35,681 bases of DNA from Syntrophomonadaceae bacterium (GTDB lineage: Bacteria > Bacillota > Dethiobacteria > DTU022 > UBA8154). The position numbers and the translations under genes were made by a program. Below, one piece after another: positions 17,057-25,962 of the stretch. Numbering within the stretch: the stretch's first letter is position 1; each line of letters begins with the position of its first letter. Below the pieces are notes generated by a model. The model had not been told where the DNA came from. It made no database searches and worked only from the letters and a program-made list of their open reading frames with translations. Location of the stretch: NCBI GenBank assembly GCA_007122565.1, contig SKTJ01000079.1, positions 1 to 35,681 of the forward strand, given 5' to 3'.

Positions 17057-17863
17057 ATGAAGAAGCTCGACATCTTAACCATAGGCGGCGTGACTCTGGG
17101 ACTGGCCCTTGTTCTCTGGGGGATCCTAATGGGCAGCCCCATTGGTGCTTTCATCAACTATCCCGGGATGCTAATTGTACTGGGTGGATCCACGGGGGCC
17201 TTGCTGGTAAGTTTTCCGATGGAACAGATCAAACAGGTAACAAGGGTGACGATGCAGGCTCTCTTCGAGCAGAAGCAGGATGTGGGCGCCCTTGCGGAGT
17301 TGTTTGCCGGGCTCGCGCAGCGGGCCCGCCGCGAGGGTTTGCTGGCCCTGGAGGACGATCTGGATGAGTTGGAGGACCCGTTCATGCGCAACGGGCTTCA
17401 GATGGTAATCGACGGTTTCGAACCTGAATCGATCCGCGATATTATGGAAACGGATTTACGCAACCTGGGAATGCGCCATATGATGGGCCAGAACGTTTTC
17501 CGCACATGGGGAAGCATTGCTCCCGCTTTTGGGATGATCGGGACACTAATCGGTCTGGTGCAGATGCTTACCGCGCTGGATGATCCGGATATGATCGGTC
17601 CCGGCATGGCTGTGGCTTTGCTGACAACGTTTTACGGCGTGCTGTTGGCCAACCTGGTTTTAATTCCCATAGCGGGTAAACTGGCAACTCGCAGTGAAGC
17701 GGAAATAAGCTACCGGGAGGCCATAGTGGAATCCCTGCTGGCCCTGCAGGCCGGCGTGAACCCGCGCATTGTACAGGAAAAACTCAAGGCATACCTCGCA
17801 CCGCAGGAACGGCAGGATGTGGAAGGTAAAGGGACGGCCGGAAGCCGGGCCGAGGAGTTGTAG
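17057..17863 (+). CDS. motA: Flagellar stator protein MotA
   Basis: MotA/TolQ/ExbB channel signature GSIAPAFGMIGTLIGLVQML...ALLTTFYGVLLANLVLIPIAGKL. ATG 17057 follows GGGGTAAAAGG (track start 17003). Confidence 0.9.
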   Translation: MKKLDILTIGGVTLGLALVLWGILMGSPIGAFINYPGMLIVLGGSTGALLVSFPMEQIKQVTRVTMQALFEQKQDVGALAELFAGLAQRARREGLLALEDDLDELEDPFMRNGLQMVIDGFEPESIRDIMETDLRNLGMRHMMGQNVFRTWGSIAPAFGMIGTLIGLVQMLTALDDPDMIGPGMAVALLTTFYGVLLANLVLIPIAGKLATRSEAEISYREAIVESLLALQAGVNPRIVQEKLKAYLAPQERQDVEGKGTAGSRAEEL

Positions 17864-17930
17864 GCCTGATGATAAAAGCTTGGCGATGTCATAAGGGGAG
17901 AATTAAACGGGAACCGGCAGGGGGGGTAAG

Positions 17931-18704
17931 ATGATTCGGGATAAGCGTCCCCAAAAACCGCAGGAGGCTGGTTCGCCCGCCTGGATGACCACTTATGGTG
18001 ATATGGTTACCTTGTTGCTTACCTTTTTTATTTTATTGTTCACCTTTTCATCCCTTGATGTACAGCGTTTTCAGGAAGTTATGTCCGCCATCCAGCACTC
18101 CTTCATGGGGCGCAGCGGCATCCTGGTCGGCTCCGCCGATCCCACGGCCGGGGAGGGGGAGCGGCTGGACGCAGCGGAAGCAACCGTGGAAGAGATTGCT
18201 CTATCACTGGGCGAACGGGAACAAACTGTGCTGGAGATGCTGCATGAGCTGGAAGATACTTACGAAAAGGTAAAGACTTTCCTGCAGGAGGCGGGCCTGG
18301 AAGATGATATCCAGTTGCGCCTGGAAGAACGGGGTGTTGTGCTGGAATTGCCGGAACGTATTCTCTTTGATTCCGGGCAAGCTGTGCTCAAGCAGGAATT
18401 TTTGCCTACACTGAGTATCCTGGTACAGTTGCTGACCGGACTTCCCAATCAGATCATTGTGGAGGGACATACGGATAATGTACCGATTCAAACATTTCTC
18501 TATCCCAGCAACTGGGAGCTTTCGGTGGCGCGAAGTGTGAGTGTGGCCCGTTACCTGGTGGATGAGCATGGGGTAAACCCCCGGCGCCTGGTGGCTACCG
18601 GTTACGGTGAGTATCATCCCATCGACACAAACGAAACGGTGGAAGGGCGGACACGCAACCGTAGGGTTACACTGGTAATATCGGTTGTCAAGATAAACGA
18701 TTAG
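17931..18704 (+). CDS. motB: Flagellar stator protein MotB (OmpA-like C-terminal domain)
   Basis: PAWMTTYGDMVTLLLTFFILLF plug/TM region, then an OmpA-like domain GHTDNVPI...NWELSVARSVSVARYL...NRRV. Confidence 0.9.
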   Translation: MIRDKRPQKPQEAGSPAWMTTYGDMVTLLLTFFILLFTFSSLDVQRFQEVMSAIQHSFMGRSGILVGSADPTAGEGERLDAAEATVEEIALSLGEREQTVLEMLHELEDTYEKVKTFLQEAGLEDDIQLRLEERGVVLELPERILFDSGQAVLKQEFLPTLSILVQLLTGLPNQIIVEGHTDNVPIQTFLYPSNWELSVARSVSVARYLVDEHGVNPRRLVATGYGEYHPIDTNETVEGRTRNRRVTLVISVVKIND

Positions 18705-18724
18705 TGAATGAATGGGGGGGAAAG

Positions 18725-19243
18725 ATGGCTCCTGAAGAAGAGGTTATCAAAGTTGAAAAGAAACCAAAAAAAAGTAAAAAAAGTCTGATTATTACTTTTG
18801 GGGCCCTGTTTGTCGTACTGCTTCTTTTGCTGGGGGCAGCTTGGTTTGCGCTGCGCACGGGTCTGCTTGGAGATATGATGGCAGGCTTGGGCGGAAAAGG
18901 GATTGCCCCAAGCGAGGCGGCCCAAGTGGAGAAGTCGCCTGATTTTATGTATGAGATGCCGGAGATACTGGTAAATCTGGACGATGAAGGGACGCGCAGC
19001 CGTTTTCTAAGTGTAAAGTTTAATATCGGTTATGACAATGCCCAGTTGGAGTCCATGTTTGAGCACCGTATGCCGGAGATCCGGGACAAGGTAAATAGCG
19101 TGCTCTGGCGTGTAAGCAGTGAAGATATCATGACCCCTGAAGGCAAGGAGCGTTTGCGGGATGATCTGCACCGCACCATTGACGAGATGTTTCATGAATA
19201 CGATATCCTGGGAATTTATTTTTGGCACGTGATGGTGCAGTAA
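18725..19243 (+). CDS. fliL: Flagellar basal body-associated protein FliL
   Basis: Lys-rich N-terminus, a single TM segment, then FLSVKFNIGYDN...IRDKVNSVL. Track start is 18704. Confidence 0.85.
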   Translation: MAPEEEVIKVEKKPKKSKKSLIITFGALFVVLLLLLGAAWFALRTGLLGDMMAGLGGKGIAPSEAAQVEKSPDFMYEMPEILVNLDDEGTRSRFLSVKFNIGYDNAQLESMFEHRMPEIRDKVNSVLWRVSSEDIMTPEGKERLRDDLHRTIDEMFHEYDILGIYFWHVMVQ

Positions 19244-19260
19244 GGCAGGTTGAAGGCAGA

Positions 19261-19280
19261 AGGTAGCAGGTAGCAGGGTA
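19261..19280 (+). repeat. Heptamer array (AGGTAGC)2AGG, near-inverted partner of family E copy b
   Basis: GGTAGCAGGTAG can pair with CTACCAGCTACC (19368-19379): 12 bp with one A-A mismatch. It is also the reverse complement of CCTGCTACCTGCTA within 30930-30968. Confidence 0.7.
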
Positions 19281-19360
19281 TTAGGCGCTTAACTCTTAAG
19301 TTCTGCCCAAAATTGGCTTTTCAGTCACGGGGGCCGTTCCCTACAAGATGCAGAGCATTA

Positions 19361-19398
19361 CTTTTCCTACCAGCTACCAGCTATCTGCTAAATACTGG
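19361..19398 (+). repeat. Repeat family E copy b (upstream of fliN-like gene)
   Basis: CTTTTCCTACCAGCTACCAGCTATCTGCTAAATACTGG. Confidence 0.75.
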
Positions 19399-19429
19399 TT
19401 TATCCGGATTAGGTTAAGGTGGTGGTATT

Positions 19430-19987
19430 TTGAGTGAATCCATGAGCCAGGAAGAGCTTGATGCCATGTTGAAAAGTATGGCAGATAATTCCGAGGACGC
19501 CGGCAACGCCGAAGGGGACAGAGGTATGGCGACGGCATCATCCTCTGCCGTTAATGATGAAAACACTGGGGCGGAAACAGTGAAAAAGACCAAAAAGCCT
19601 CTGGTACAGCGTGTGGAGTTTGCTCAGTTAAAGTCATGTGTAAAGCCGGGAACCCGAAAGCCGCACGGGAGCCTTTTTAATAATATCCCTCTGGTGTTGA
19701 GCGCTGAGCTGGGCACCGCGGAGATAACTGTGCGGGATCTGTTGGCGCTGGAAGAGGGATCCGTGGTAAAATTGGATAAAACTGCCGGAGAGAGTGCCAC
19801 TGTCCTGGTAAACGAGCAATTTCTGGGGCAGGCGGAGACGGTTGTGGTTAATGATCGTTTCGGTTTGCGTATTACCACCATTGGCAAAGAAATGCTTCAT
19901 GATAAAAAAGAAATCCCGGAAAAAGAAAATATTCATTCCAAACCAGCGCCCGATGATTATGTGACGGATAATCAGGCAGAAGAATAA
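19430..19987 (+). CDS. fliN: FliN/SpoA-domain switch protein with N-terminal CheY-P-binding-like peptide (185 aa)
   Basis: N-terminus MSESMSQEELDAML. SpoA/FliN domain LVLSAELGTAEITVRDLLALEEGSVVKLDKTAGESATVLVNEQFLGQAETVVVNDRFGLRITTI. TTG start follows AAGGTGGTGG. Confidence 0.8.
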   Translation: MSESMSQEELDAMLKSMADNSEDAGNAEGDRGMATASSSAVNDENTGAETVKKTKKPLVQRVEFAQLKSCVKPGTRKPHGSLFNNIPLVLSAELGTAEITVRDLLALEEGSVVKLDKTAGESATVLVNEQFLGQAETVVVNDRFGLRITTIGKEMLHDKKEIPEKENIHSKPAPDDYVTDNQAEE

Positions 19988-19999
19988 GGAAGTTTGTTT

Positions 20000-20503
20000 A
20001 TGGAACTATATCAGGCAGCCTTGCGACTTTTATTGGTTTTTCCTTTAGTTATAATCCTAACGTATTTTGGATTGCGCTTTTTTCTGGGACGTTTTGCACC
20101 CGCCTTCGGTATAGGAAGACGGGTGCAAGTGCTTGAGCGGTCCGCCCTGAACAGCCGCACCTTTCTCTACGTGGTAAAGGTGGGGGATGATTATCTCCTT
20201 TTGGGCACTACTGCCACCACGGTGGTGCTTCTTAAAGATCTGGGTCCGCACTGGGGCGAAGACTGCTACGGGGATAGTGAGAACCGGGAAATGCATCCCG
20301 GGGGAGAGTATCCGTCTTTTGCCTCGTTGCTGCAGCGGTTGCGGGGGAAAAAGGCCGAGGGCTGGAAAATCTCCGGGGGTGAATGCTGGCTAAAATTGTT
20401 GTCATTTGCCGGTAAAAAAACTAAAAAAATGGAGAATGATAAAGAGGAATTTGACAATTTAACGAGAAATTATAAATTAAGGAAAGTTAAGGAAGAAGAA
20501 TAA
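20000..20503 (+). CDS. fliO: Flagellar biosynthesis protein FliO/FliZ with long charged C-terminal tail
   Basis: One TM segment, then RRVQVLERSALNSRTFLYVVKVGDDYLLLGTTATTVVLLKDLG, a typical FliO core. Track start is 19994. Confidence 0.8.
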   Translation: MELYQAALRLLLVFPLVIILTYFGLRFFLGRFAPAFGIGRRVQVLERSALNSRTFLYVVKVGDDYLLLGTTATTVVLLKDLGPHWGEDCYGDSENREMHPGGEYPSFASLLQRLRGKKAEGWKISGGECWLKLLSFAGKKTKKMENDKEEFDNLTRNYKLRKVKEEE

Positions 20504-20507
20504 TATC

Positions 20508-20557
20508 AGTAACAACTCAGCACTCTGGAAACATCACAAAGGGGTTCAGGATTACCT
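20508..20557 (+). repeat. Repeat family A copy 2 (fliO-fliP gap)
   Basis: AGTAACAACTCAGCACTCTGGAAACATCACAAAGGGGTTCAGGATTACCT. Near-identical to 6443-6493. Confidence 0.9.
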
Positions 20558-20584
20558 TTCTTGCTTCTTGCTTCTTGTTTCTCG
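20558..20584 (+). repeat. Tandem heptamer (TTCTTGC)3 plus a degenerate fourth unit
   Basis: TTCTTGCTTCTTGCTTCTTGTTTCTCG, read directly. Confidence 0.9.
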
Positions 20585-20640
20585 AACGTAGGGGCAGCAA
20601 CCCCAGCCGCCCGTGAATGAGGATTATGTTGTGTAAAACA

Positions 20641-20673
20641 AAAAATGCGACAGAGAGAACCGTCCCCTGTCGC
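20641..20673 (-). repeat. Repeat family D copy 2 (inverted relative to 1192-1228)
   Basis: TGCGACAG-AGAGAACCGTCCC-CTGTCGCA. The reverse complement matches the copy 1 core with one mismatch. Confidence 0.85.
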
Positions 20674-20732
20674 AACTAATAACATACAGATAAGTTCCTT
20701 AAAGGCTGCAGGAAAGGGTAGAGGGAAAATAT

Positions 20733-21497
20733 ATGAAGAGAAAAATACTGCCGGCCTTGCTGGTCTGCTTGGTAGTTGCCCTGCTCTGCGGTAGCGGCAC
20801 AGCTGCAGCTCCGCCCACTATTCCCATCCCTGATATAAACCTACAGGTGGGAACGGCGGAGGATCCGGAACAGCTGGTGGGGACACTACAACTTTTACTG
20901 CTTATCTCCGTAATGAGTCTTGCCCCGGCCTTTGTCATCCTCATGACTTCCTTTACCCGTATTGTGATTGTCCTCGGATTTGTGCGCAATGCTCTGGCTA
21001 CACAGCAGATTCCACCAAATCAGGTTGTCATCGGCCTAGCCCTATTCCTGACATTATTTGTCATGTCCCCCGTATTGGGAGAGATTAATGACCAGGCTTT
21101 GACGCCATACCGGGCTGAGGAAATCAGCTTCGAGGAGGGGCTGGAGCTGGGGAGTCATCCCCTGCGGGAATTTATGCTCAATAACACCCGGGAAAAAGAC
21201 CTGGCCCTCTTCCTTGAAGTGGCTCGCCTGGACAGTCCGGAAGAACGGGCCCATACCCCTATGGGTGCACTTGTTCCTGCTTTTGTGATTAGCGAGTTGA
21301 AAACCGCCTTCCAAATGGGTTTTATTATCTTTGTTCCCTTTTTAATTATTGATATGGTAGTGGCCAGCATCCTCATGTCCATGGGGATGTTCATGCTTCC
21401 CCCGGTTATTGTTTCTCTTCCCTTCAAAATATTGCTTTTTATTCTGGTGGATGGCTGGCACTTGGTGGTGCAATCGCTTGTCCAGAGTTACGCCTGA
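20733..21497 (+). CDS. fliP: Flagellar export apparatus protein FliP
   Basis: Signal peptide, then LLLLISVMSLAPAFVILMTSFTRIVIVLGFVRNALATQQIPPNQV and ELKTAFQMGFIIFVPFLIIDMVVASILMSMGM. Confidence 0.97.
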   Translation: MKRKILPALLVCLVVALLCGSGTAAAPPTIPIPDINLQVGTAEDPEQLVGTLQLLLLISVMSLAPAFVILMTSFTRIVIVLGFVRNALATQQIPPNQVVIGLALFLTLFVMSPVLGEINDQALTPYRAEEISFEEGLELGSHPLREFMLNNTREKDLALFLEVARLDSPEERAHTPMGALVPAFVISELKTAFQMGFIIFVPFLIIDMVVASILMSMGMFMLPPVIVSLPFKILLFILVDGWHLVVQSLVQSYA

Positions 21498-21510
21498 AGG
21501 AGGGATATAA

Positions 21511-21777
21511 GTGAACCCTGAATTTGTTATTGACACGGCACGGGAAGGAATTATGACAATCCTCTTAGTGGCTGCTCCTGTTTTAATAACGGGTTTGGCG
21601 GTGGGTCTGATGGTGAGTATCTTTCAGGCTACGACACAGATTCAGGAGCCTACACTGGCCTTTGTCCCCAAGATTGCTGCGGTGCTGCTCTCTCTTTATT
21701 TTTTCGGAAGCTGGATCCTGCGTATGGTCATGAATTTCACCCTTAATCTCTGGGCAAACCTCGGCAATCCATTTTAG
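21511..21777 (+). CDS. fliQ: Flagellar export apparatus protein FliQ
   Basis: 88 aa with two TM segments, including VSIFQATTQIQEPTLAFVPKI. Confidence 0.95.
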   Translation: MNPEFVIDTAREGIMTILLVAAPVLITGLAVGLMVSIFQATTQIQEPTLAFVPKIAAVLLSLYFFGSWILRMVMNFTLNLWANLGNPF

Positions 21778-21792
21778 AGGGAGAGGGTTAAA

Positions 21793-22566
21793 GTGGCAGA
21801 GGCGTTTTTTCTGGAATTCTGGTGGCCATTTATGCTTATTTTTGCCCGGATCGCCGCCTTTGTTGCTGCAATTCCTTTATTCGGCTGGCGGGGCATCCCC
21901 ATCGTGGTACGGGTCTTATTTTCCTTCGTCTTAGCGCTCCTGCTTACAATGAACTGGGAGGGCCAGCTGGCATTTCCCCCCAGTGATCTGGAATTATTCC
22001 TGGCACTGGGACGACAGATTATAACTGGTCTGATCCTGGGTTTTACCGTATACCTTTTTCTGTCAACCTTTCTGATGGCCGGTCAGTTTATGGACCACAA
22101 GGCCGGCCTCATGATGGCCGGTTCCTTTGATCCCCTGTTTGGTGGTCAGGTTACAATTATGGGACAGTTTTTCTATTTCATGGCGGTTGTCCTTTACCTG
22201 ACGGTTAACGGGCACCATATCCTTTTTCTTTCTTTACGGGAAAGTTTCTATCTCATCCCCCTGGACGGGGCTTTTGCCGGGGGGGACATAATCTGGCATT
22301 ACGTGCGCACTTTTGGTTTTGTATTTTTACTTTCCTTTCAGATTGCTGCTCCGGTGGTGATCGTGCTCTGGATGCTTGATCTTGCCCTGGGATTTCTTTC
22401 ACGCACTGTGCCCCAGATTCATGTTTTTATTGTGGGCCTCCCCCTGAAAGTAGCCCTGGTTCTACTGGTGTTCATGTTCATTCTGCCAATGTTGGGCAGG
22501 GTGATGCGGGATGTTTTCGACTTGCTGGCCAGGGACATGATTCTGGTGTTACGGAGTTGGTCATAG
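21793..22566 (+). CDS. fliR: Flagellar export apparatus protein FliR
   Basis: 257-aa polytopic membrane protein in the fliPQR-flhB context. Confidence 0.93.
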   Translation: MAEAFFLEFWWPFMLIFARIAAFVAAIPLFGWRGIPIVVRVLFSFVLALLLTMNWEGQLAFPPSDLELFLALGRQIITGLILGFTVYLFLSTFLMAGQFMDHKAGLMMAGSFDPLFGGQVTIMGQFFYFMAVVLYLTVNGHHILFLSLRESFYLIPLDGAFAGGDIIWHYVRTFGFVFLLSFQIAAPVVIVLWMLDLALGFLSRTVPQIHVFIVGLPLKVALVLLVFMFILPMLGRVMRDVFDLLARDMILVLRSWS

Positions 22567-22567
22567 G

Positions 22568-23698
22568 ATGGATAATGGACAAAGTATTCGTTTGCTAAAC
22601 CTCCAGCTTTTTGCTGAAGGCGAGGACAAGACGGAGCAGCCCACGCCACACCGCTTGCGCGAAGCGCGCAAAAAGGGCCAGGTAATGAAGAGCATGGAAC
22701 TGAACGCGGCGATCAACATGGCCGGGATGGTTTCTTTTTTCATCCTGATCTGGCCGTATTTCCAAAATAATTTATTTGCCATGCTCAATCATTATCTCGG
22801 TGCCCTTCCTGTGGAAATGGCATCCGCTGACTTTCCCGCTATTTTTATTATGCGCCTATCCCTGCAACAGTTTATGGGGTTGGTCCTGCCCTTCCTGCTG
22901 GTGGCCTTTTTTCTCGGTTTTATGTCCAATGTTATGCAAGTGGGCTTTCTCGTCTCCACGGAGGTGCTCAAACCACAGCTAAACCGCCTCAATCCGGTGG
23001 AAGGATTTAAACGTATTCTTTCCCGTCGCTCTCTTTTTGAAATGGTTAAATCTATCCTGAAAGTGGTTATTTTTGCCCTGGTCTGCTATTTTTATCTGCG
23101 CAGCCAGCTTCCGCCCATGCTTCTTTTGCTCGGCCAGGAGGCTTGGGTATCGGCCAGTCTCCTGGGAAAAGTGCTGGTGGGACTCGCCTACCGTGTTGCT
23201 GCTCTCTTTTTCATCCTGGCGATTATCGATTTTATTTATCAGCGTCACGAGTTTATCAAAAACCTGCGCATGTCCCGCCGTGATGTGAAGGATGAATACA
23301 AGCAGTTGGAGGGGGATCCCCATGTGCGCTCACGTGTGCGGGAGCGGCAACGGGCCATGGCCCGGGAGCGCAGCATGGCCCAGGTGCCTGAGGCGACAGT
23401 TGTTGTCACCAACCCCACGCACTTGGCCGTGGCCCTGCGTTATAATGAAAAGGAAGACGGTGCTCCGGTGCTCCTGGCCAAGGGAGCCGGAATCCTGGCG
23501 CAGCGTATCCGGGAAATAGCGCAAGATCATCACATTCCCATAATCCAAAACCCGCCGGTGGCCCGCCTGCTCTACCGCGAAGTGGAGATCGGGGAAGAGA
23601 TTCCGGGTAATCTTTACCAGGCAGTGGCAGAGATCATGGCCCTTGTTTACCGCCTTCAGGAGAAAGAGCGGTTGCGGCGTCGCCGGGCGGGAGCCTAG
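22568..23698 (+). CDS. flhB: Flagellar export switch protein FlhB
   Basis: N-terminus FAEGEDKTEQPTPHRLREARKKGQV. NPTH autocleavage site in VVVTNPTHLAVAL. Confidence 0.97.
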   Translation: MDNGQSIRLLNLQLFAEGEDKTEQPTPHRLREARKKGQVMKSMELNAAINMAGMVSFFILIWPYFQNNLFAMLNHYLGALPVEMASADFPAIFIMRLSLQQFMGLVLPFLLVAFFLGFMSNVMQVGFLVSTEVLKPQLNRLNPVEGFKRILSRRSLFEMVKSILKVVIFALVCYFYLRSQLPPMLLLLGQEAWVSASLLGKVLVGLAYRVAALFFILAIIDFIYQRHEFIKNLRMSRRDVKDEYKQLEGDPHVRSRVRERQRAMARERSMAQVPEATVVVTNPTHLAVALRYNEKEDGAPVLLAKGAGILAQRIREIAQDHHIPIIQNPPVARLLYREVEIGEEIPGNLYQAVAEIMALVYRLQEKERLRRRRAGA

Positions 23699-23720
23699 GC
23701 GGACAGACAAGGTATTTCCC

Positions 23721-23749
23721 TTGCAAAAATCGGGAATGGGGCATATAAT
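23721..23749 (+). promoter_or_regulatory. Candidate sigma-A-type internal promoter upstream of flhA
   Basis: TTGCAA (23721-23726), then a 17-nt spacer, then TATAAT (23744-23749). Lies in the 149-nt flhB-flhA gap. Confidence 0.5.
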
Positions 23750-23847
23750 TATAGCAAAATAATGAATTTATTGTAGAAATATCTATAAAGACCAGAAATC
23801 AGATCCAGACCCAGTATCAGGAAACGAATTATGAATACTCGTAAGCA

Positions 23848-25962
23848 ATGCAAGGAGGCGGATACGGATTGCCTTCTCCCCTGACGGTTTCCCGTGGTGT
23901 AATAACCAGTATATTTAAAAATGCCGATGTTATCGCAGCTATGGCCTTTGTCTTCATTATCGCCATTATCATTATTCCCATCCGGCCAGGCATGCTCGAT
24001 GTCATGCTGGTGATCAACCTTACTTTGGCTTTGATCATCGTGCTCATGACTCTCATTGTTACGGAGGTGCTGCAGCTTTCCACTTTCCCTTCTGTCCTCC
24101 TGGTAGCCACCCTTTTTCGCCTTTCCCTGAACATCTCTTCCACCCGCCTGATCCTCACGGAGGCACGGGCCGGCGATGTAATTAACGCGTTCGGGGAATT
24201 TGTGGTTGGGGGTAACTACGTAATCGGTCTGGTTATTTTCGTGATTATTACCGTTGTGCAATTTGTGGTAATCACCAATGGTGCGGGGCGGATCGCTGAG
24301 GTGGCAGCCCGTTTTACCCTTGATGCCATGCCCGGTAAGCAGATGAGCATTGATGCCGATCTTAATGCAGGACTGATCGACGAAAATGAAGCCCGTACCC
24401 GCCGCAGCAAGATCCAGCGGGAGGCCGACTTTTTCGGGGCCATGGATGGTGCCAGTAAATTTGTACGCGGTGATGCCATCGCCGGGGTGATTATTGTGCT
24501 AATCAATATTATCGGCGGACTGGTGGTGGGGATGGTTATGGGGGGGATGAACTTTGAGGTTGCCGCACGCACTTATACCCTCCTTACGGTGGGGGATGGG
24601 TTGGTGGCAACAATCCCCGCACTCCTCGTCTCTACCGCTGCCGGTATGCTGGTAACTCGCACAACGGGGGATAAGTCCTTCGGGAAGGATTTTAGCGCCC
24701 AGTTTCTTGGCGTTCCCAAGGTTCTGGCAATTGTGGCGGCCATTCTCCTCTCCATGGGGCTGATCCCGGATTTGCCGTTTCTTCCCTTCCTGGTAATGTC
24801 CCTGGCCTGCGGTTCGGGTGCGTTTCTGCTCATGCGCGAGGAACAAAAAACAGGACTAAAGCAACTTGAAGCGGCTGAACAGGAACCGGAGGAGGATGTT
24901 GCTGCCCCGGAGGAAGATATCCGCAACCTGATGAAGACTGACTTAATGGAGATCGAAATCGGTTATAATCTCGTATCCCTCACTGAAAAAACAGAAGAGG
25001 GGGAGTTGCTGCAGCGTATAACGTCAGCCCGTCGCCGCCTATCCACGGAGCTGGGAATGATCATCCGGGCCATTCGAATCCGGGATAATTTGCAACTTCC
25101 CCCGAATACATATCTGATCAAGTTAAAGGGTAATGAAATCGCCCGCGGCGATCTGCGTCCCGGCTATCTGTTAGCATTAAACCCGGAAGGAGTTCCACCC
25201 GAGGAGCTGGGGGGCATCCCTACCATGGAGCCCACTTTCAACCTGCCGGCAGTATGGATTTCCCCCGCCCAGAAAGACGAAGCGGAGCTTAAGGGGTGCA
25301 CGGTAGTGGATGTAGCCACCGTGTTGATTACCCATCTAACAGAAATTACCAGTTCCCATGCCCATGAACTGCTTGGCCGTCAGGAGGTTAAGGAGATGGT
25401 GGATATGGTCAGGGAGAGCAGGCCTACTGTTGTGGAAGAGTTGATTCCCGAATTGATGAGCGTGGGGGATGTGCAAAAGATCCTGCAAAACCTGTTGCGC
25501 GAGAATATTCCGCTGCAGGATCTCCCCTCCATTCTGGAGACGCTTGCGGATCACGCCGCATCCACACGTGCTCCCGATTTGCTCACGGAATATGTGCGTC
25601 AGTCTATGGCGCGCACCATCAGCGCCCGCTTTGCCGCGGAGGGGGGTAAACTTTCCGTTATTACAATCGACCCTGCTCTGGAGAAACATATAGCTTCCTC
25701 GCTGCAGGAGACCATGCACGGTAGTTTCCCCGTCTTAGAGCCGGAAGTTTCCCAACGTATAGTGCAAGGTATTTCCAGCATGGTGGAGAAATTACGTAAC
25801 CGGGGTCTTTCTCCTGTTGTCCTCACATCACCCCGTATCCGCCTTCCTTTCCGTCGTCTGGTAGAGCGGTTTCTTCCCGATCTGCCGGTTATTTCCTTAA
25901 ACGAAGTGGTGCCGCAGGTAGCTGTAGAAGCTGTGGGGGTGTTAAAAGAAAATGAAGGTTAG
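23848..25962 (+). CDS. flhA: Flagellar export apparatus protein FlhA
   Basis: FHIPEP region RFTLDAMPGKQMSIDADLNAGLIDENEARTRR...FFGAMDGASKFVRGDAIAG. Large cytoplasmic C-terminal domain. TTG 23869 is an alternative start (AGGAGG at 23853-23858). Confidence 0.97.
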   Translation: MQGGGYGLPSPLTVSRGVITSIFKNADVIAAMAFVFIIAIIIIPIRPGMLDVMLVINLTLALIIVLMTLIVTEVLQLSTFPSVLLVATLFRLSLNISSTRLILTEARAGDVINAFGEFVVGGNYVIGLVIFVIITVVQFVVITNGAGRIAEVAARFTLDAMPGKQMSIDADLNAGLIDENEARTRRSKIQREADFFGAMDGASKFVRGDAIAGVIIVLINIIGGLVVGMVMGGMNFEVAARTYTLLTVGDGLVATIPALLVSTAAGMLVTRTTGDKSFGKDFSAQFLGVPKVLAIVAAILLSMGLIPDLPFLPFLVMSLACGSGAFLLMREEQKTGLKQLEAAEQEPEEDVAAPEEDIRNLMKTDLMEIEIGYNLVSLTEKTEEGELLQRITSARRRLSTELGMIIRAIRIRDNLQLPPNTYLIKLKGNEIARGDLRPGYLLALNPEGVPPEELGGIPTMEPTFNLPAVWISPAQKDEAELKGCTVVDVATVLITHLTEITSSHAHELLGRQEVKEMVDMVRESRPTVVEELIPELMSVGDVQKILQNLLRENIPLQDLPSILETLADHAASTRAPDLLTEYVRQSMARTISARFAAEGGKLSVITIDPALEKHIASSLQETMHGSFPVLEPEVSQRIVQGISSMVEKLRNRGLSPVVLTSPRIRLPFRRLVERFLPDLPVISLNEVVPQVAVEAVGVLKENEG

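Noticed and set aside
16878-17060. 60-aa ORF in the flgE-motA gap, considered as a possible FlbD
   Set aside because: The sequence (MKHAPVGEICFFTSYFFF...) bears no resemblance to FlbD (MIKVTRLNG...-type). It starts inside a hairpin and has no RBS.
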